Assembly: GCF_018350175.1 (NCBI RefSeq)
Contig: NC_058368.1
Coordinates: 151,964,001-152,028,000, forward strand
DNA: 64,000 nucleotides
Direction of reading: 5' to 3'
Source of the DNA: Felis catus
Lineage: Eukaryota
Part shown: in pieces, positions 1 through 14,335 of the stretch
Numbering within the stretch: position 1 is the stretch's first letter
Layout of the letters: each line of letters begins with the position of its first letter
The notes under the pieces: model-generated
The model's database searches: none
What the model saw: only the letters and a program-made list of their open reading frames with translations
What the model was told of the DNA's origin: nothing
Made by a program: the position numbers and the translations under genes

Positions 1-130
1 CTAACCGCTCACAGCCTGGAGCCTGCTTCGGATTCTGTGTCTCCCTCTCCCTCTGCCCCTCCCCTGAGCTCTCACACTCTCACGCTCTCTCTCTCTCAAA
101 AATACATAGCATTAAAAACTTAAAAAAAAA
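1..130 (+). mobile_element. CAN-SINE, 3' part
   Basis: GCCTGGAGCCTGCTTCGGATTCTGTGTCTCCC, (CT)n, A tail. Confidence 0.9.
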
Positions 131-134
131 AGCC

Positions 135-2260
135 TGCTAGTATTGATTCAACTGGAATTGCATTGAATCTATAGATTTGTTTTGGAAAAATTAACATCTT
201 GATAATATTGAATATTCTAATTCAAGGACACAGTATATCTGTCCATTTATTCAGGTCTTATATAATTTCTCTCAGTAATGTTTTGTAGTTTTCAGTGTAG
301 AGATAACACAAATATTTTGTCAGATTTATCCCTAAGTATTTCATTATTTTTATGCTACCTCAAATGATACATTTCTTACAATTGTTCATTGACAGTTTAT
401 AGAAATACAGTTGTTTTTATATTTGGCTCTGTATTGAGAAATCTTGATAAACATGTTTAAAGTTCTAGTAATGTTTTTGTAGATCATATATATTGTCTAC
501 ACAGATTATCATATCATCTGCAAATAAAGACAGTTTTCAGTATTCCTTTCAACCTGAGTGATTTTACTTCTTTTTCTCTTCTTTAGAACCCCCATGACAG
601 GTTGAACAGAAGCCCTAAGAGTAGATATTTTCATCTTGTTCATCATCCTAAGGGGAAAACACTTAATGTCTGACAATTACATATGCTATTAACTATAAAT
701 TCACCTATAGGTACCCTTTATCAAATTGAAGAAGTTCTCTTCTATTTCTAATTTGTTGAGAATGTTTATCAGGAATCGATACTGGATTTTTGACAAATGT
801 TTTCTCTGCCTCTATTGAGATCATCCATTATCTCCTTTTTCCTTAGTTTCAATAAGGTTGAATGTACTGAGGTTTGAATCATAAACAAATCTTGCATTCC
901 TGTGATAAACTGCACTTCATTATGGTGTCTCATTCGTTTTCTACATTGTTGGATTTGATTTCTTAAACTGTTAAGAATTTCTACATCTAGTTCACGTGTG
1001 ATGTTGGCCCATAGCTTTCTTTTCTTAAAATATTGGTTTTCTTTTTTAAAATTTTTAAATGTTTATTTTTGGGAGAAAGAGAGCGTGAGGGGGAGAGGGA
1101 CAGAGAGAGGGAGATAACAGAATTGGAATCAGGCTCCAGTCTCCGAGCTGTCAGCACAGAGCCTGATGCGGGGCTCGAACTCATGAACCATGAGATCATG
1201 ACCTGAGCTGAAATTGGACCCTCAACCGACTGAGCCACCCAGGTGCCCCAAAATATTTTTTTTCTATTTTGAGTATCAGGATAATGCTACTTTCCTTCCC
1301 TTTTCAATTTTTTGTAAGGCGTTTGGTATTATTTCTACATTAAATCTCTGATAAAAAGTCACAAGCTAGGATATTGGAACATGCTCATCCCATTATCCTT
1401 TTAAACATATCAATATTGTATGGATAACTATTTTAATGTTTTCTATTAATTCTATCCTCTGCGCTTCATTGTGTTTCCAGTGATAGATTTTTCTCATCGT
1501 GGTTTATAGCCTTTGCATCCACAGTAATTTTTTGTTTGATGCCAGATTTTTTTTTTTTTTAACCTCATGGGATACTGATAGATATTTTTTATTCCTTTAA
1601 ATATTCTGGAGCTTTGGCGTAGGATCCAAGTTATGTGAAAATAAATTGATCTTTTCCAAGTTTGCTTTTAGGCTTCATTAGGCAGTTCCGGGGTGGTCTT
1701 TTGTCTAGGGCTAATTTTGACCCCCCAATGAGGCAACACCAATTTTGAATATTCTACCATATGCCCTGTGTATTATGAGAGCTTTCTCTATCTGCATTGT
1801 GAGAATACCAACTATCCTTCGCGATCACCAGGGATTGCTCTGACAATTCCTTCCCAGAGTCTAATTCTCTGGCCTTGAGTAGTTTTCTTATATACATGCG
1901 CTTATTATGCATACACCTGAAGACTTGGGGAGAACCCTGTGCAGACTTTCAGAGCTCTATCTCTGTAGCTCTCTCTTAATACAGCTCTCTTTTATAGCAC
2001 TCGGCTCTGCAAATTCTAACTACTTTGACTTCTCTGCCTCTTCATTTCAGAGATTACTGGGCTCTTGTTGGTTCTCACCCTCCTTGCATGGTGTTAGATT
2101 GCAAATAGGACAATCATAAGCAGTGAACTGGGTCGATCCTAGAGGTTAGCTCAATGATTTCCCTTCTCCTAGATCGCTGTCCTGTACTGTTGTCCAATGC
2201 CCACAGTTTCATATATTTTGTTTGTTTCAGTTATTTGGAGAGAGGGTAAGTTCATTTCAC
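135..2260 (-). mobile_element. Old L1M fragments (ORF2 and 5' region), interrupted by a SINE
   Basis: Antisense L1 motifs such as ATTGCATTGAATCTATAGAT, ATCATATCATCTGCAAATAAAGACAG, CTTGCATTCCTG. Confidence 0.75.
1036..1249 (-). mobile_element. CAN-SINE
   Basis: Antisense head ACTGAGCCACCCAGGTGCCCC, T-rich tail. Confidence 0.93.
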
Positions 2261-2599
2261 TATTTTATCACAGCCAACGGATATATTACCTTTAATAATA
2301 AAACTAAGTACATTCAAACATATTTATAAGATAAATTACTGTAAGAGGTAAAATCTATTTTCTATCTTTGCAATGGCCCTTTGAATGGAGCAGAAGCTAA
2401 AACCTCTTCCTGAGGAAAATAACAAGGTACTGAGGTCCACTCAGGGACAGACCTACTTTCAGGTCTTACGAGCCTGTTTAAAAACTGCACTAACATTCAT
2501 GTCTAATGATTTCAGATTTCATGTCCGGTTTAACCTTTTATTAATATGTATTTTATATATTTAATGGGATACCTCTGACTGATAATTCAATATATTGTA

Positions 2600-2830
2600 A
2601 TTAACAAAGTACTTCATGTGTATTATCTGGTTTATGCCTCATAATGTCCCTGTAGGTTAGAACATCCAGGCATTTGATTCCTTTCAGATAGAATAAAGAT
2701 GTAGGTTCCAGAATACACAACAGGAATGTCCCCCACCTCCCTTCCTGCCAGCAATGACCTATAAGAGGCAAAACAGAGACTTGAACAGGTCTTCTAATCG
2801 CTGGTTCAGAACTCTATTTGCCTACATTTG
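2600..2830 (-). mobile_element. MIR fragment
   Basis: Degenerate antisense MIR-like sequence. Confidence 0.4.
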
Positions 2831-2869
2831 TTACGCTGACTAGTGCATTTAAATAAATAAACCATTTGG

Positions 2870-3051
2870 GGGGTCACCTGGGTGGCTCCGTTGAGCATCA
2901 GACTCTTGATTTCAACTCAGGTCATGACCCCAGGGCTGTGGGATCAAGCCCCATGTCTGGCTCTATGCTGAGCATGGGGCCTACTTGGAATTCTCTCTCT
3001 CCCCCTTGGCTCCTCTCTCCCACCTGTGTGCTCTGTCTCTCAAAAACAAAC
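2870..3051 (+). mobile_element. CAN-SINE
   Basis: tRNA-derived head; TSD AAACCATTTGG on both sides. Confidence 0.9.
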
Positions 3052-3450
3052 AAACCATTTGGATCACATGTTGAAGCCGGATAACGTCAAACCTTCAGGT
3101 CATTGCATGTCCAGTAGATACAGCCTAAATCTTGGCACTCCTTGTTAACTAAGTTCATGAAATAAAAAGGATGGCAATATGAATTAAATAATCAGTTATA
3201 ATATTACCCATCTTTATTCAACATGGTTAATGTAAGTTATTTTGTTATGACTATTGTGATGTCCAACTCATGAAATTTAATCAAAGTTATGTGTTGGATC
3301 AATGTAAGAAAATATTTTGAAGACACATGTAATTTCTTTTTACTTAAGTAAAAAAATATCAAATTACCTATGTCTATTTTTGAAAAAAGAAAATAAGCCT
3401 TTAGGTGACTTACAGCAATTAGTGGCAAATGGGATGTATTAGCAACATCA

Positions 3451-3517
3451 TTCTTTTTTTTTTTTTTTAACATTTATTAAATTTTGAGAGACAGAGAGAG
3501 AGTGTGAGCAGGGAAGG

Positions 3518-3564
<47 letters not shown>

Positions 3565-3704
3565 ACACACACACACAACTGGAAGCAGGCTCCAGACTGT
3601 GAGCTGTCAGCACAAAGCCCGATGCAGGGCTCCAACTCACCAGCCATGAAATCATGACCTGAGCTGAAGTCGATACTTAACCGACTGAGCCACCCAGGTG
3701 CCCC
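3451..3704 (-). mobile_element. CAN-SINE with expanded (GA)n(CA)n microsatellite
   Basis: Antisense SINE head and tail, internal compound microsatellite about 3520-3576. Confidence 0.93.
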
Positions 3705-4273
3705 ATAACACCATGATCCTCAATTGGTATCACAGGGGATTAATTCCTTCAACATAATTATATGCTGTCTTGAATCCCTAAACATTGAAATAGTCAACAA
3801 ATTTCACACATATGTTTGTACTTCAACATACTTCAGGAAAAGCAATGCATGCTTAGAACTTGAGAATTTATATTTTACATTGTGTGACAATACAATTAGA
3901 ATTCTTACTCTGGAACTTTTCAGAGATCTTTGCTTAGTCAACATTTCAGAGATAACGGTCAATAATAAACAATATCCATGTTTCCACCAGTAATAAACAA
4001 AGCTTAAGTTTTATGTAATTTCTAAACAGTCTTCTAGATAAAAGTTATTCTTCATATTTATAAATTATTATTATATATTAGCTATTCATAGTTACTCCTC
4101 ATATTTATACAATTTAGACAACCAGGTAGAAACTCATTAAATAAACTATCTCTTGGCCTAGTAAACACGAACTAAAAATGTGCAGAATAATTACAAGTAT
4201 TTTTCTTAAAGCAAGATGTTCAATTCTACTAGATACAATTAAGAAACCTCTACTTTTCCTGACAAGTATTTTT

Positions 4274-4496
4274 TTTAAAAAATTTTTTTTCAACGTTTTT
4301 TATTTATTTTTGGGACAGAGAGAAACAGAGCATGAACGGGGGAGGGGCAGAGAGAGAGGGAGACACAGCATTGGAAACAGGCTCCAGGCTCTGAGCCATC
4401 AGCCCAGAGCCTGACGCGGGGCTCGAACTCACGGACCGCGAGATCGTGACCTGGCTGAAGTCGGACGCTTAACCGACTGCGCCACCCAGGCGCCCC
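4274..4496 (-). mobile_element. Young felid CAN-SINE (SINEC_Fc type)
   Basis: CpGs intact; perfect TSD TCCTGACAAGTATTTTT 4257-4273 and 4497-4513. Confidence 0.96.
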
Positions 4497-5072
4497 TCCT
4501 GACAAGTATTTTGATTGTGAGGAAAAGAAATCTCAGATCACCCTAAGAAACAAGAAAGTGGATCCAGGAAATCATCAAGGAACAAGATAGTTCAGAGACC
4601 TGCTCGTGTTTGCTGGCCTGGCCCCACCCCTGCCCCACCCCTGCCCCACCCCACCATTTCCCAAATATTCTCATTTTCTTTGATTGGTCTCTAAAGATTC
4701 TCTATTGTCCTCCCTGCAAACAAAGGACTGTATGGTCCTTTACTACTTACTTTAATTGAACATGCTCTCATGATCTTTTCTAAGAATAATGACCTGATTC
4801 TTTCACACTAGTACCTTTTAAGTTTTAAGGGGTGGCATGGAGAAAAATTATTATAAGATGGGATGCAAAACAAAAGCACACATACATTAGCATTACCCTT
4901 TCTAGTCTTCATTTCCGGATATCTTGTGTCACTATTAGTTGGAGAATATGTAAAATTTCAGAGTTGGACCATCATCATGTCACTATGACTAGTAATGTGG
5001 TAGACAAAATAAGGCAATGTGTAACAGACAAGATGTATCAAGATTTCTTTAAAGTTGTTAATGGGATGTTTG

Positions 5073-5591
5073 TGTGAAAAGTGAGATGATTCACTTTCAG
5101 AAATACCAAATAACATCTGTGCTGTCTAGTTAACAATAGGTTTACAAGTTACTGGAAATATGTACCAATCACCCTGCCCACCACCGCACCCCAATGGAGT
5201 CCCAATACCTTAGACACTTCACTTCCTGCTTCTTCTTCCCCTATCCATTTCACAGGCTTATTTTTCTCAGGCTTTGCCATGAGCATGAGCCCAAGAACTC
5301 AAGTCTCTGCATCACCTCAAGGAATGTACATTTGTTCCAATCAGACTACATTTTGCCTTACATGGGCATAGGCGACTTCCGGGTAAGGTTGTAACCTCTG
5401 TAGTTATTCAGCCAATGAGGAATCAGGGGTGGGACTTGCACGCTAGGAGATAAATTGCCTGCTTTAACGGACTGTGTGTGCCTGTCCATCAGATACCCCC
5501 TCTTGCAAGAATGTTGATTAAAGCCTCACTTCACTGTGTTCTGAATCTCCCTGTCCCTCCTTTGATTGGGTCAGTGGACTTATTTTGCACA
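5073..5591 (+). mobile_element. ERV1-type solo LTR, different family from the provirus
   Basis: TG...CA ends with flanks GTTTG/GTGTG; CCAAT 5412, TATA-like GATAAAT near 5449, ATTAAA 5517-5522, pyrimidine-rich U5; 5' boundary uncertain. Confidence 0.6.
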
Positions 5592-5685
5592 GTGTGTTGA
5601 CTGAGGTTTTACACTCCTGTGTATAATGCATTGGTTCTATTAAGTTATTGATAATACAGTATTTCCAGGATAATGCTTAAGATTA

Positions 5686-5870
5686 GGGGCACCTGGGTGG
5701 CTCAGTCTGCTAGGCATCTGATTTTGGTTCAGGTCATGATCTCAGGGTTCTTAAGTTTGAGCCCAGGTTCTCTGCTGTCAGCGGTGAGCCCACTTCAGAT
5801 GCTCCGTCCCCTCTTTCTCTGCCCCTCCCCCACTTACGTTCACTCTCTCAAAAAACATTTAAAAACAAGA
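5686..5870 (+). mobile_element. CAN-SINE
   Basis: GGGGCACCTGGGTGGCTCAGTC head, CT-rich body, A tail. Confidence 0.9.
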
Positions 5871-6352
5871 TTTTCAAACTCTCTATAATGTTATCTGTTC
5901 CATTTGAGTAAACATATTGGCCATTTTGATCTAAAAGCACTGAAACTACATGCTTTATAACAAGGATTATGTTTGCTATGTATCTCTGGGAGACTTTATA
6001 TTTTTTTTATGTTATTGTATGCTAGGTCTCATTTTAGCTACTACACATGTACATAGGGGCACAACTTGTTTCCAACCAGGTTTAAGCAGCTGCTGCTAAT
6101 TCACTACAGTTTATAGATAAAAGCAGATACTCCCATGTTGACTTCCTAAGCAAAAGTGTGGAAACACTGAAAGCTCTCCCAAAGCATTTGTTATGGTTTA
6201 ACTAAGGTAGGCACAATAAGGCAAGATTTAAAGTGAGACAAGGACTCAAAATCTCCCTGAATGCTACCCAAGTATTAAATTAATGTGAGGCAGAAAAACA
6301 GAACTCTGTATCAAATGCGTTCTACTCCTGGTGTTAAGAAACACTGACTTCT

Positions 6353-6582
6353 GGGGCACCTGGGTCGCTCAGTCAGTTAAGCGACTGACTTCAGGTCAGG
6401 TCATGATATGTGGTTCTGTGAGTTCGAACCCCACATCAGGCTCTACTATCAGCATGGAGCTCACTTTGGATCCTCTGTCTCCCTCTCTCTGCCCTTACCC
6501 TGCTCACATGCATTCTAGCTTTCTCTCAAAAATAAACATTACAAATTTTCCAAAAAAAAAAATTAAAAAAAAAAATAAAAAA
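6353..6582 (+). mobile_element. CAN-SINE
   Basis: Head, AATAAA and A tail; TGACTTC on both flanks. Confidence 0.92.
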
Positions 6583-6615
6583 TGACTTCCCTTAATAGTT
6601 ATAAATATTATCCCT

Positions 6616-7015
6616 TGTAGTAGTTAAGTCATAAGGTCTGCTCAGGGATTTTCCATTTCTCCTTCACAACACAAAGTAGGAGCATTTCTTTACCATGTTT
6701 GGGGTAGGCAATATCCTGTGGCTTTCTTTGGCTAAGAAAGTATGAAGGGAAGAGATGCATGCCACTTACAAACAAAATCTTTAAGAGCCATGGAGTAATT
6801 CACCTTATTCCCTTTTCCTGCCTCAATAGTCATCAAAGTATGTCTTGAGATAAAGCCTCAATCTACTGGGTCTTGGAGTAACTATGATAAACTTGAAGAT
6901 AGTTGCTTTAGTCTGTTAAATATGTATTGTAAGAAATATCTTCTTTTGTTTAAACCACTGAGACATTGAGATTTATGAACTGTTATCACAGCGTCATGCA
7001 GACTTCCAATACTCA
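6616..7015 (+). mobile_element. Old MaLR (MLT1-type) LTR
   Basis: MLT1-like 3' motif TTGTTTAAACCACTGAGA...TGTTATCACAGC. Confidence 0.55.
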
Positions 7016-8796
7016 CAGCACGACCTCATACACACACTCTCAAGAACATCCACAAACAAAATGGAAGTAAATTGTATCAATACCAAAGAGTCCAATAGAA
7101 GATTAAATGGTAAACTCAAAGAATATCCTAGCTTAACAGGTAAAGCAAATCTATTTCACAAGTAGGAAAACTATCTACTTTTAAAAATAATTCTCAATCT
7201 TTCAGGAAAAAAAAAGTGTGTATGTGTTTGTTTTATTTGTGTGCTCCTGGTACTTAAAATTCTAATTTCTTACTAATGGCATTGATGCTGAAAACTATCT
7301 ACTTCATAATTTTAATTCTGGGACTCCTTACATTTAGCTTAAGCCAAGAATCAGACTTAAATAGGAAATTAAATTTATTTAATTTACATGTACAGTGTAA
7401 AAAACTGTCAAATACTATTCAGGAAGTGTTTCTCCACAATGACTCCTAATAGGTTAAAATATTCTCGTAACCGCCTCATGCTTTTGACAATGTCAAAGTA
7501 ACGACACTCTGACAGTCTCCTCCTTCAGCTCTAGAAAGTGCCTGTTAGTCCAATCAAAGGATAGTGGCTACTAACACTGCTAGGTACTAACAACCAGTCA
7601 ATCCCTTAGTTCATCAGAATTTAGGCTATTTCTTCAACGTCGAAGGCTTTTAGATATTTTAACACTATGAATTTTGAAATATTATAACAAATTTTATAAA
7701 CTATTTAGCCACTCTGTGTCACCTATGTACATTTAAAAACACTATTTGAATAAATCAAGAGCAAGACATCTGTAAAGCAAAGGCATCAAATGTATCTAGT
7801 GACATGGTCTTCAGAATATACACAAGTCTTAACACCTTCTTGTAGTTGTACAGATAAAAGGTAGTTAAGATTTCTACAGGCATTGATGATAATATTACTT
7901 ACTCTTTTATTATTGTTAATGGAGTGTTGCAGGTAAATTCTAGCAGTAACAAAGAGATGACGTTCAAATAGTGAATTCATCCAGTGCTCCCCATTATTTG
8001 ATCTGTACCTCTTCAAAATCCACTGAGTGGTTGTGAAATATATTCTGGCCCCTATGCATGACAGTCCTTAAAGCTTCTCCAGCCCATATTAGCGAAGACA
8101 TGATTTTGACCCTCTGGATGATCGTAAGTAATGCTTCAAAAAGAACATCTCATTTTTCCTTGCAGTCTCCCAGGGTAGATTATCACAAATCTTTCTTCTC
8201 TACCTTTAGAACTTAAACCAGAACAAGTAAAATTTCTTCTGTCATGATCTTTTCATTTGTCATGCAGTCAGTGAATTTAATATACAGCAACATTAAACCA
8301 CTGTAGGAACAGACATTAGTGTATGTCCAAAATATTTTCCAGAATGTGGATCAATAGCTACCATACCCAAGAAAAAACAATTAAGGTTTGATTTTATAGG
8401 TAAATTATATAAGTATTATGCTGAAATCTGAAGGGAATGTTAGAGTTTTAATGAAATGCAAAAAAATCATGATATATAATGTAGTTATAAAATTCTGAGA
8501 GCTGAAAGTCTTATTTGTAAATCAAGGATTGAACTTGATTATCTTATCTTTGCCAAATATTCTAGATTTGGTAAAAAGCCCTATCTTATTATAATTTCTT
8601 TTAATGTGATTTCTAATAATTTAAACAGTGTAACATCATACATAATACATGTCAATATACTGTGCCAATATAGGATGTGATATAGTTATACTCCTCTTTT
8701 ATATTTAAGATGTATGAACTCAATACATCCTGTTATCCAATGCAGCCAGGAAGACATTTGTGAAGAAAAGTTAACTCAGTACTTTCTCTCACAAAA

Positions 8797-8840
8797 AGAA
8801 GGAAGGAAGGAAGGAAGGAAGGAAGGAAGGAAGGAAGGAA
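8797..8840. repeat. (GGAA)n microsatellite
   Basis: About 11 tandem GGAA units. Confidence 0.97.
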
Positions 8841-11800
8841 ATAAAATAAGGAAAAAGAAAAAGAAAGTAAAGAAAAAAAAAACTGGAGGGGGGGGGGTTG
8901 ATTTGGGAACATTACCAAACTGATTATTTTCAATACAGCTACGTAATAAGAAAAATCGTATCAATTAAGAGAGAAACATAGATGGATTTTATTATAATAA
9001 ATGTGTTATATTAAAGGTCAATGCATTAAATGAGGTAAAGAATAAACAGCAAAAATTGCAAAGGCCTATATGAAGATACATTAGCATACATCCTGCTCAC
9101 TTTTAAGTAAAAAAAATGACGATGATAATGATAATAATAGAAAGAAGCTTCCAAAATTTTTTTAAGGAACTTATGGTTGCCTCTGGGGGAGAAAACCCCA
9201 AAACATCATCATCAAAATTTTAATGAGACTTCAACCCTTTGAGATGTTGTCAAAGAAGCTGCTCCCTGTCCTCACTTTTAAAAAGGAAATGAGAAATGTG
9301 AAAGCTTAGGAAAAAAAATATCGGCTGGCAGGAAGAAATTCCATCTTGTTGGGTCTCTGAAACAGCGGAGGACTGAACACTTGTAAACACGGTACCTTGA
9401 GCAATAGTTGCCTTATGGCTTGTAGTTTGAGGCCAAGAATAGCATGATAAACTTAGAATGTGTTTATCTCTTGGCAGCCTCATTTTACTTACAAGCTGGG
9501 AGGGACAAAGACCAACAATTTTCCACCTACAAAGTGCATCTAAACTGGCAGGCAGCTCAGTGAGTAAGTCAACTTGAACCTCCAGATCACAACTACTCTC
9601 AAAGACAGATGGACAATTTTGGAAAAGGGGATGATTCAGCCAATATCTCAAGGCATTTGTGGTTACAATGTCCTATAGTTGGGGTGTGGGTGGGGGAAGC
9701 TTTAATTTGGAGACTTCACATACGTTTAGTGCTATTTTAAGAGACAAACGGTACAAGCGCAAATTTTTATAATTCTGTGTTTAGTGCTAGTTGGAAACAG
9801 GTAGGAAGGTGGCAGAATTTTGAGAACCTGTGTGTTTAGCTTTCTCTGTCTTGGAGAGAGTATTTTTCCAAATACTGATTTTATTCTGTTATTTTTTACT
9901 TCTTTTATAACAGTAAAGCACTGTGTCTGTTTAATTCAGTGGTTCAACATCAAGTGTTTAATGGTTGATCATAAAGCCAGCTAGACTTTTATACTTTATT
10001 TTAATAAATTGCTTAATTTAAGATTAGCACGAATTACATTTAGTATGGTTGGGAAAAGAGGAGCATAGATTCTATTTTGAAGACCAAACAAGGGAACTTT
10101 TTGCTACAAGGTTGAGATATCTGCTGAAGCGGGGTTATGAATGTAGTAGGTGTGTTATTTTTCAAATTACAATAACATTTTGAGATAAAATAAACTTTTT
10201 TTAACCCACTGGGTTCTTTTTTTTTCTTTTGCTTTCAATACAATCCTCTTCTGCTTCAATACACAGCTGATTACCCAAGATTAGTCTGAATCCTTGGAAA
10301 GTGCAGGGAAAATCTTTTGGTATTGGGACAGCTCATTTTATGGATACTGTACGGTTCTGATTTCACAAGTTAATGATTTACATTATCAGAAGGAATAAAA
10401 AATAATCATGGCCCTCTTCATAAAACACTCCCTTATCAAGCAGAAAGTACAAAATAATTTCAGAATGGAAATTAAATACAATCAGGTATTTTACTCAACT
10501 CAAAATTTTCCATTATAAATTTTTTTTCAGGTAAAGCAAAATAAAAGCATTTTTATACTTTTTAAAATAAGTTAATAGATTTGTGAAGAGAAAAAGGAAT
10601 GGCCAAAGCAATGAATACTGTGAAGTGTTCAAAGTAGATTCTAAGAAATTTGGTGAATGACTCATCATGATTTCTTCCAGACAGTGGCAAATTAACATAT
10701 TTTACACCCAGAGCAAAATTAATGCAGTTGAGCCTGCCAAATACCAATTCCTTTGCCTTACCACATGTCCAGAATAATTGTTTCAATAAAAGGCTTTCCT
10801 GTAGACCTCCATCATAGCTCATTCTGGATTGTAAGTCCTGACAAGAATGGATAGTTATTTTGTCAGCTCCTACCCTGCAACTTTTACTGAAGAGATCCAG
10901 CCCCCTCCAGGCCAGTGTTACTATCTTTTTGCCTTATATAGCATACCCTGAGTACTTCACTTGTTCTGTATGAATTATATCACTACATGGAAAACTAATC
11001 TGATTAAATATTTTCTAATAGTATATTTCCATTTTCTACAAGCACATCATTAGCAAAATAATAATTTAAAGAACTCAATTTTCTCTCAAGAACAACCGTA
11101 TCACTTTAAATTTTACAAGGTTTTGAAAATTCGATTTGGATTTCTAACTGGTAACACAATTGGACCCATAGGATCTTGCTGAGTCCATTGTAGTTTTGAA
11201 TCAGAACTGACATAAAGCCTCCTTGCTATTTAAGGTGAATGAGTCCCACCCAGAAAGCAACTATGTTTAACTGACATTTGTCTTTCTCATTGTCAAATCA
11301 TTACTCTTTCAGTACAAGTGTTTGAAGTAGTCATATATATTTCATGGAATCAGAACTGTATGCTTTCCAGAAGAATTAGGAAAGATACTAGAGAATACTA
11401 GAAGAAAAATACTAGAGAAACTACAGCCTCAATATAAACAACACTATATCACCAAAGGAGAAAAATATTCAAAATGAGTGAGGATCCAAGGGGAAAACCT
11501 AAGGCAAGGTGATTCTTAAAAAATTCTTAAAATACTTTTCAACAGCAAAAATGTCAGAAATGGAAGAACCAGCAAATCAGTCCCTATCCAGATATAATAG
11601 ATGCCAAAATGGGAGTCTCATAAAGGAAACAATGTTGGTGATGATTCCTGTGACAATACAGCCCTTGGGAATGTACATTTTAAACATTCAGAATTAGTAA
11701 AATTGATCTGAATAGGAAAAGTGCTTCTCTGCTTTGAAAAGGAGAGGGTGCACACGGATACTGTCGTGGACACTTGATATTGAGAGAAAGGAGAAAATGT

Positions 11801-13342
11801 TGCCCATGTTCTGAGAACGTGCAGTTCTGTCCAGGGAGAGAATGTAAGAATGTAAAAAAAAAAATGAGACAATGCATTATCAAGGCAATATGCCATGAGG
11901 TTCCTGACCTCTTAGCAAAAGTGAACTTTTATCTACCAAAAACCTAAAGAAAATTGCTGCTTCTAGGTTTCATTGTCATAACCTGGAATAAACACAAGAG
12001 CGTTGAAAAGTCTGAAAACATAGAAAAAGTTTCTTTTCTATGCCAGAGGAGACATTCTGCCAACTACCTCTTAACTTAAAAGAGAGAATCCAATCCAATG
12101 AGACTAAATGAGATGACTGGAATGTAAAACACCACTGTCCAGTACAAACAGCCAGAGAACACTTTCCATTTAAAAACGTCTTGCTGCTGAACAAACATAG
12201 CTAACTAACTCCCCTGAAGATTATTTTAGCCCTTGTTGCCTTTGCACAAAGATTCCTCAGGTTACTTTAAGATTGTCCTTTCATTACACCGAGAACAGGC
12301 CATCTCTATTTGAGTGTGGAGAACTTAAGCCACTGAGGGTGTTTGAAAGTTTGGCTCTGGACCATGCCTTTGGAAGGATATTCCAATGTTTACCAATGCT
12401 TTTCCTTGGCTGCACAGTACCTGCACCTGTGTGTTATGCTAAGAAAATATTTCTGTCCCTAGGAATATTTAAACTGCTTAAATTCACAACACAGAAGACA
12501 ACTCTAACTTTGTGTTAAGGACCTGATTGTTCTATCTTAGTAGAGAATTCCAGCCCAATTTTAGCTTCTTCCTACACACTTTTTCCTACATTTTCTTCCT
12601 ACCCTCCCCGCTACCTACATTTTGACTAATCCTTTGCCCAGGATTTCCACTGGATTAGCCAATGAAAAAAGAGGTAAAGCAAGCCAAGCATTTCATACAA
12701 AAATGTATTCCCTTTCCCATTTTGCAAAATAACCAAATATTAAAAACGATCCCAATTTTAATCTTAGGAGTTTTGATTCCTAATATTAATTACGTTCAGT
12801 ATGTTTGTCTGGACTCAAAAATTACCAGATCAACCTTGGAAAGCCTATTCACTACAAGAAAATTAACTGAAAGTTAATTTGTTGGAGGCACATGCACTTT
12901 TATCCAATAAACTTAAAAAATAAATTACAACAGTCCCTTTTGGATGAGACAGTTGCACCATCTTTTCAACATTTTTGTAAAGTTTTAGTTGACCACTTTT
13001 CAATTAGTCTTCATAATAGCATTGTAGGGAATGCTCAATTTCTCTCTGCCCCAAGAGAAAAACATATCCATAAAAATGTATGAGAATATTTTCATGAAAA
13101 AAATTTCAGGAGGAATACATTTACATATTCATTAAAATATAGTTTTTAATGGTTCTTTGAATATATTCTTAATTATATATTTTAAATACAGTCTCATGAA
13201 TATCTTCTTGTGACCCTCAGATTTCCCCTCTCTCTGCTTTATCTCCTTTATTACATCTTTTTAGCTCAGTCTCCTCTTTCAATAGACACCAATCTCCCCA
13301 TCGCCATTCACCCTGTCTATCCCCCTCCGGTTTGTCCCTAGG

Positions 13343-13473
13343 TAGGGTGGCCAGACATCCTGTCATAGAACATTCCTGGTTTTTCATTTGAGTTAGTAAA
13401 ATAACATTTGTTAAATATTTTAGTGTCTCCTTTCCTTCTCAAATGAATCCTGGTTGAACAATACATGGTTTCT
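13343..13473. mobile_element. hAT-Blackjack-type MITE (MER81/MER94-like)
   Basis: AGGGTGGCCAGA start and degenerate ATGGTTTCTCT end resemble the AGGGTGACCA TIR. Confidence 0.45.
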
Positions 13474-14124
13474 CTCTTGAATTCTCCTCTCTGTCATCTC
13501 CAGTCTGGAATTTGTTGTGTGATGACAGTGCTGGTTCCCAACAGGCAATCTCTACCTTTCATCTCACTTCTCTCCAGTCAAGAATAAGTAGTCAAGGAGA
13601 AACAGATTAAAATTACTAAAAACACTGTGAGGAAAACAAAATGAAACCTGTCAAATGAACCGTGGCAGGAAATCAGTGGTCAGTAAAATGGACCCTTAAG
13701 ATGTAATAAAGAAGGTAATGCCACCAAGATGGTTGGCATTTCCAAAAGGAATGTAAATGTAATTTTACAAAAAAATGCCAGCGCAGTTTTGACAAAGTTA
13801 CACCTCTTTGTTTCCACAGAATCAGGCTCATAGGCTTCCGTTCTTCCAGATGTAAATAGGTATATATTGATTGAAAGTGTTTTGACAAATATTTTCCCAT
13901 GTGATTTACATGTTTTCAGACTCATGAAGTACATGAATGTGTTTGCAGACACATGCTTATGTAAGTGTTAAAGCAACTTTCACATTCAGAATCAAGTTAT
14001 CTGGGGCAGGGAGCATAATCTTATAATTTAGCTTGATCACTATAGTAAGTTAAGAAAGAGTGATAGAGATGCGAAGAATTAAAACCACCAGAAACATTAA
14101 AAAACAACAATACAAAGCCTGAAT

Positions 14125-14335
14125 TTGTTTTTTTCTTTATGTTTTTATTTCATTGAGAGAGAGCGACAGAATGTGGGCAGGGGAGGGGCATAGAGAGAAA
14201 GGGAGACACAGAATCTGAAGCAGTCTCTGAGCTGTCAGTACGGAGCCCAACGCAGGGCTCGAACTCAAGGACTGTAAGATTATGACCTGAGCTGAAGTCA
14301 GATACTTAACCAACTGAGCCACCCAGGTGCCCCCA
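14125..14335 (-). mobile_element. CAN-SINE
   Basis: Antisense SINE; TSD AAAGCCTGAA. Confidence 0.93.

Noticed and set aside
9250..9651. 133-aa minus-strand ORF
   Set aside because: Non-ATG start, no recognisable domain, no convincing exon boundaries.
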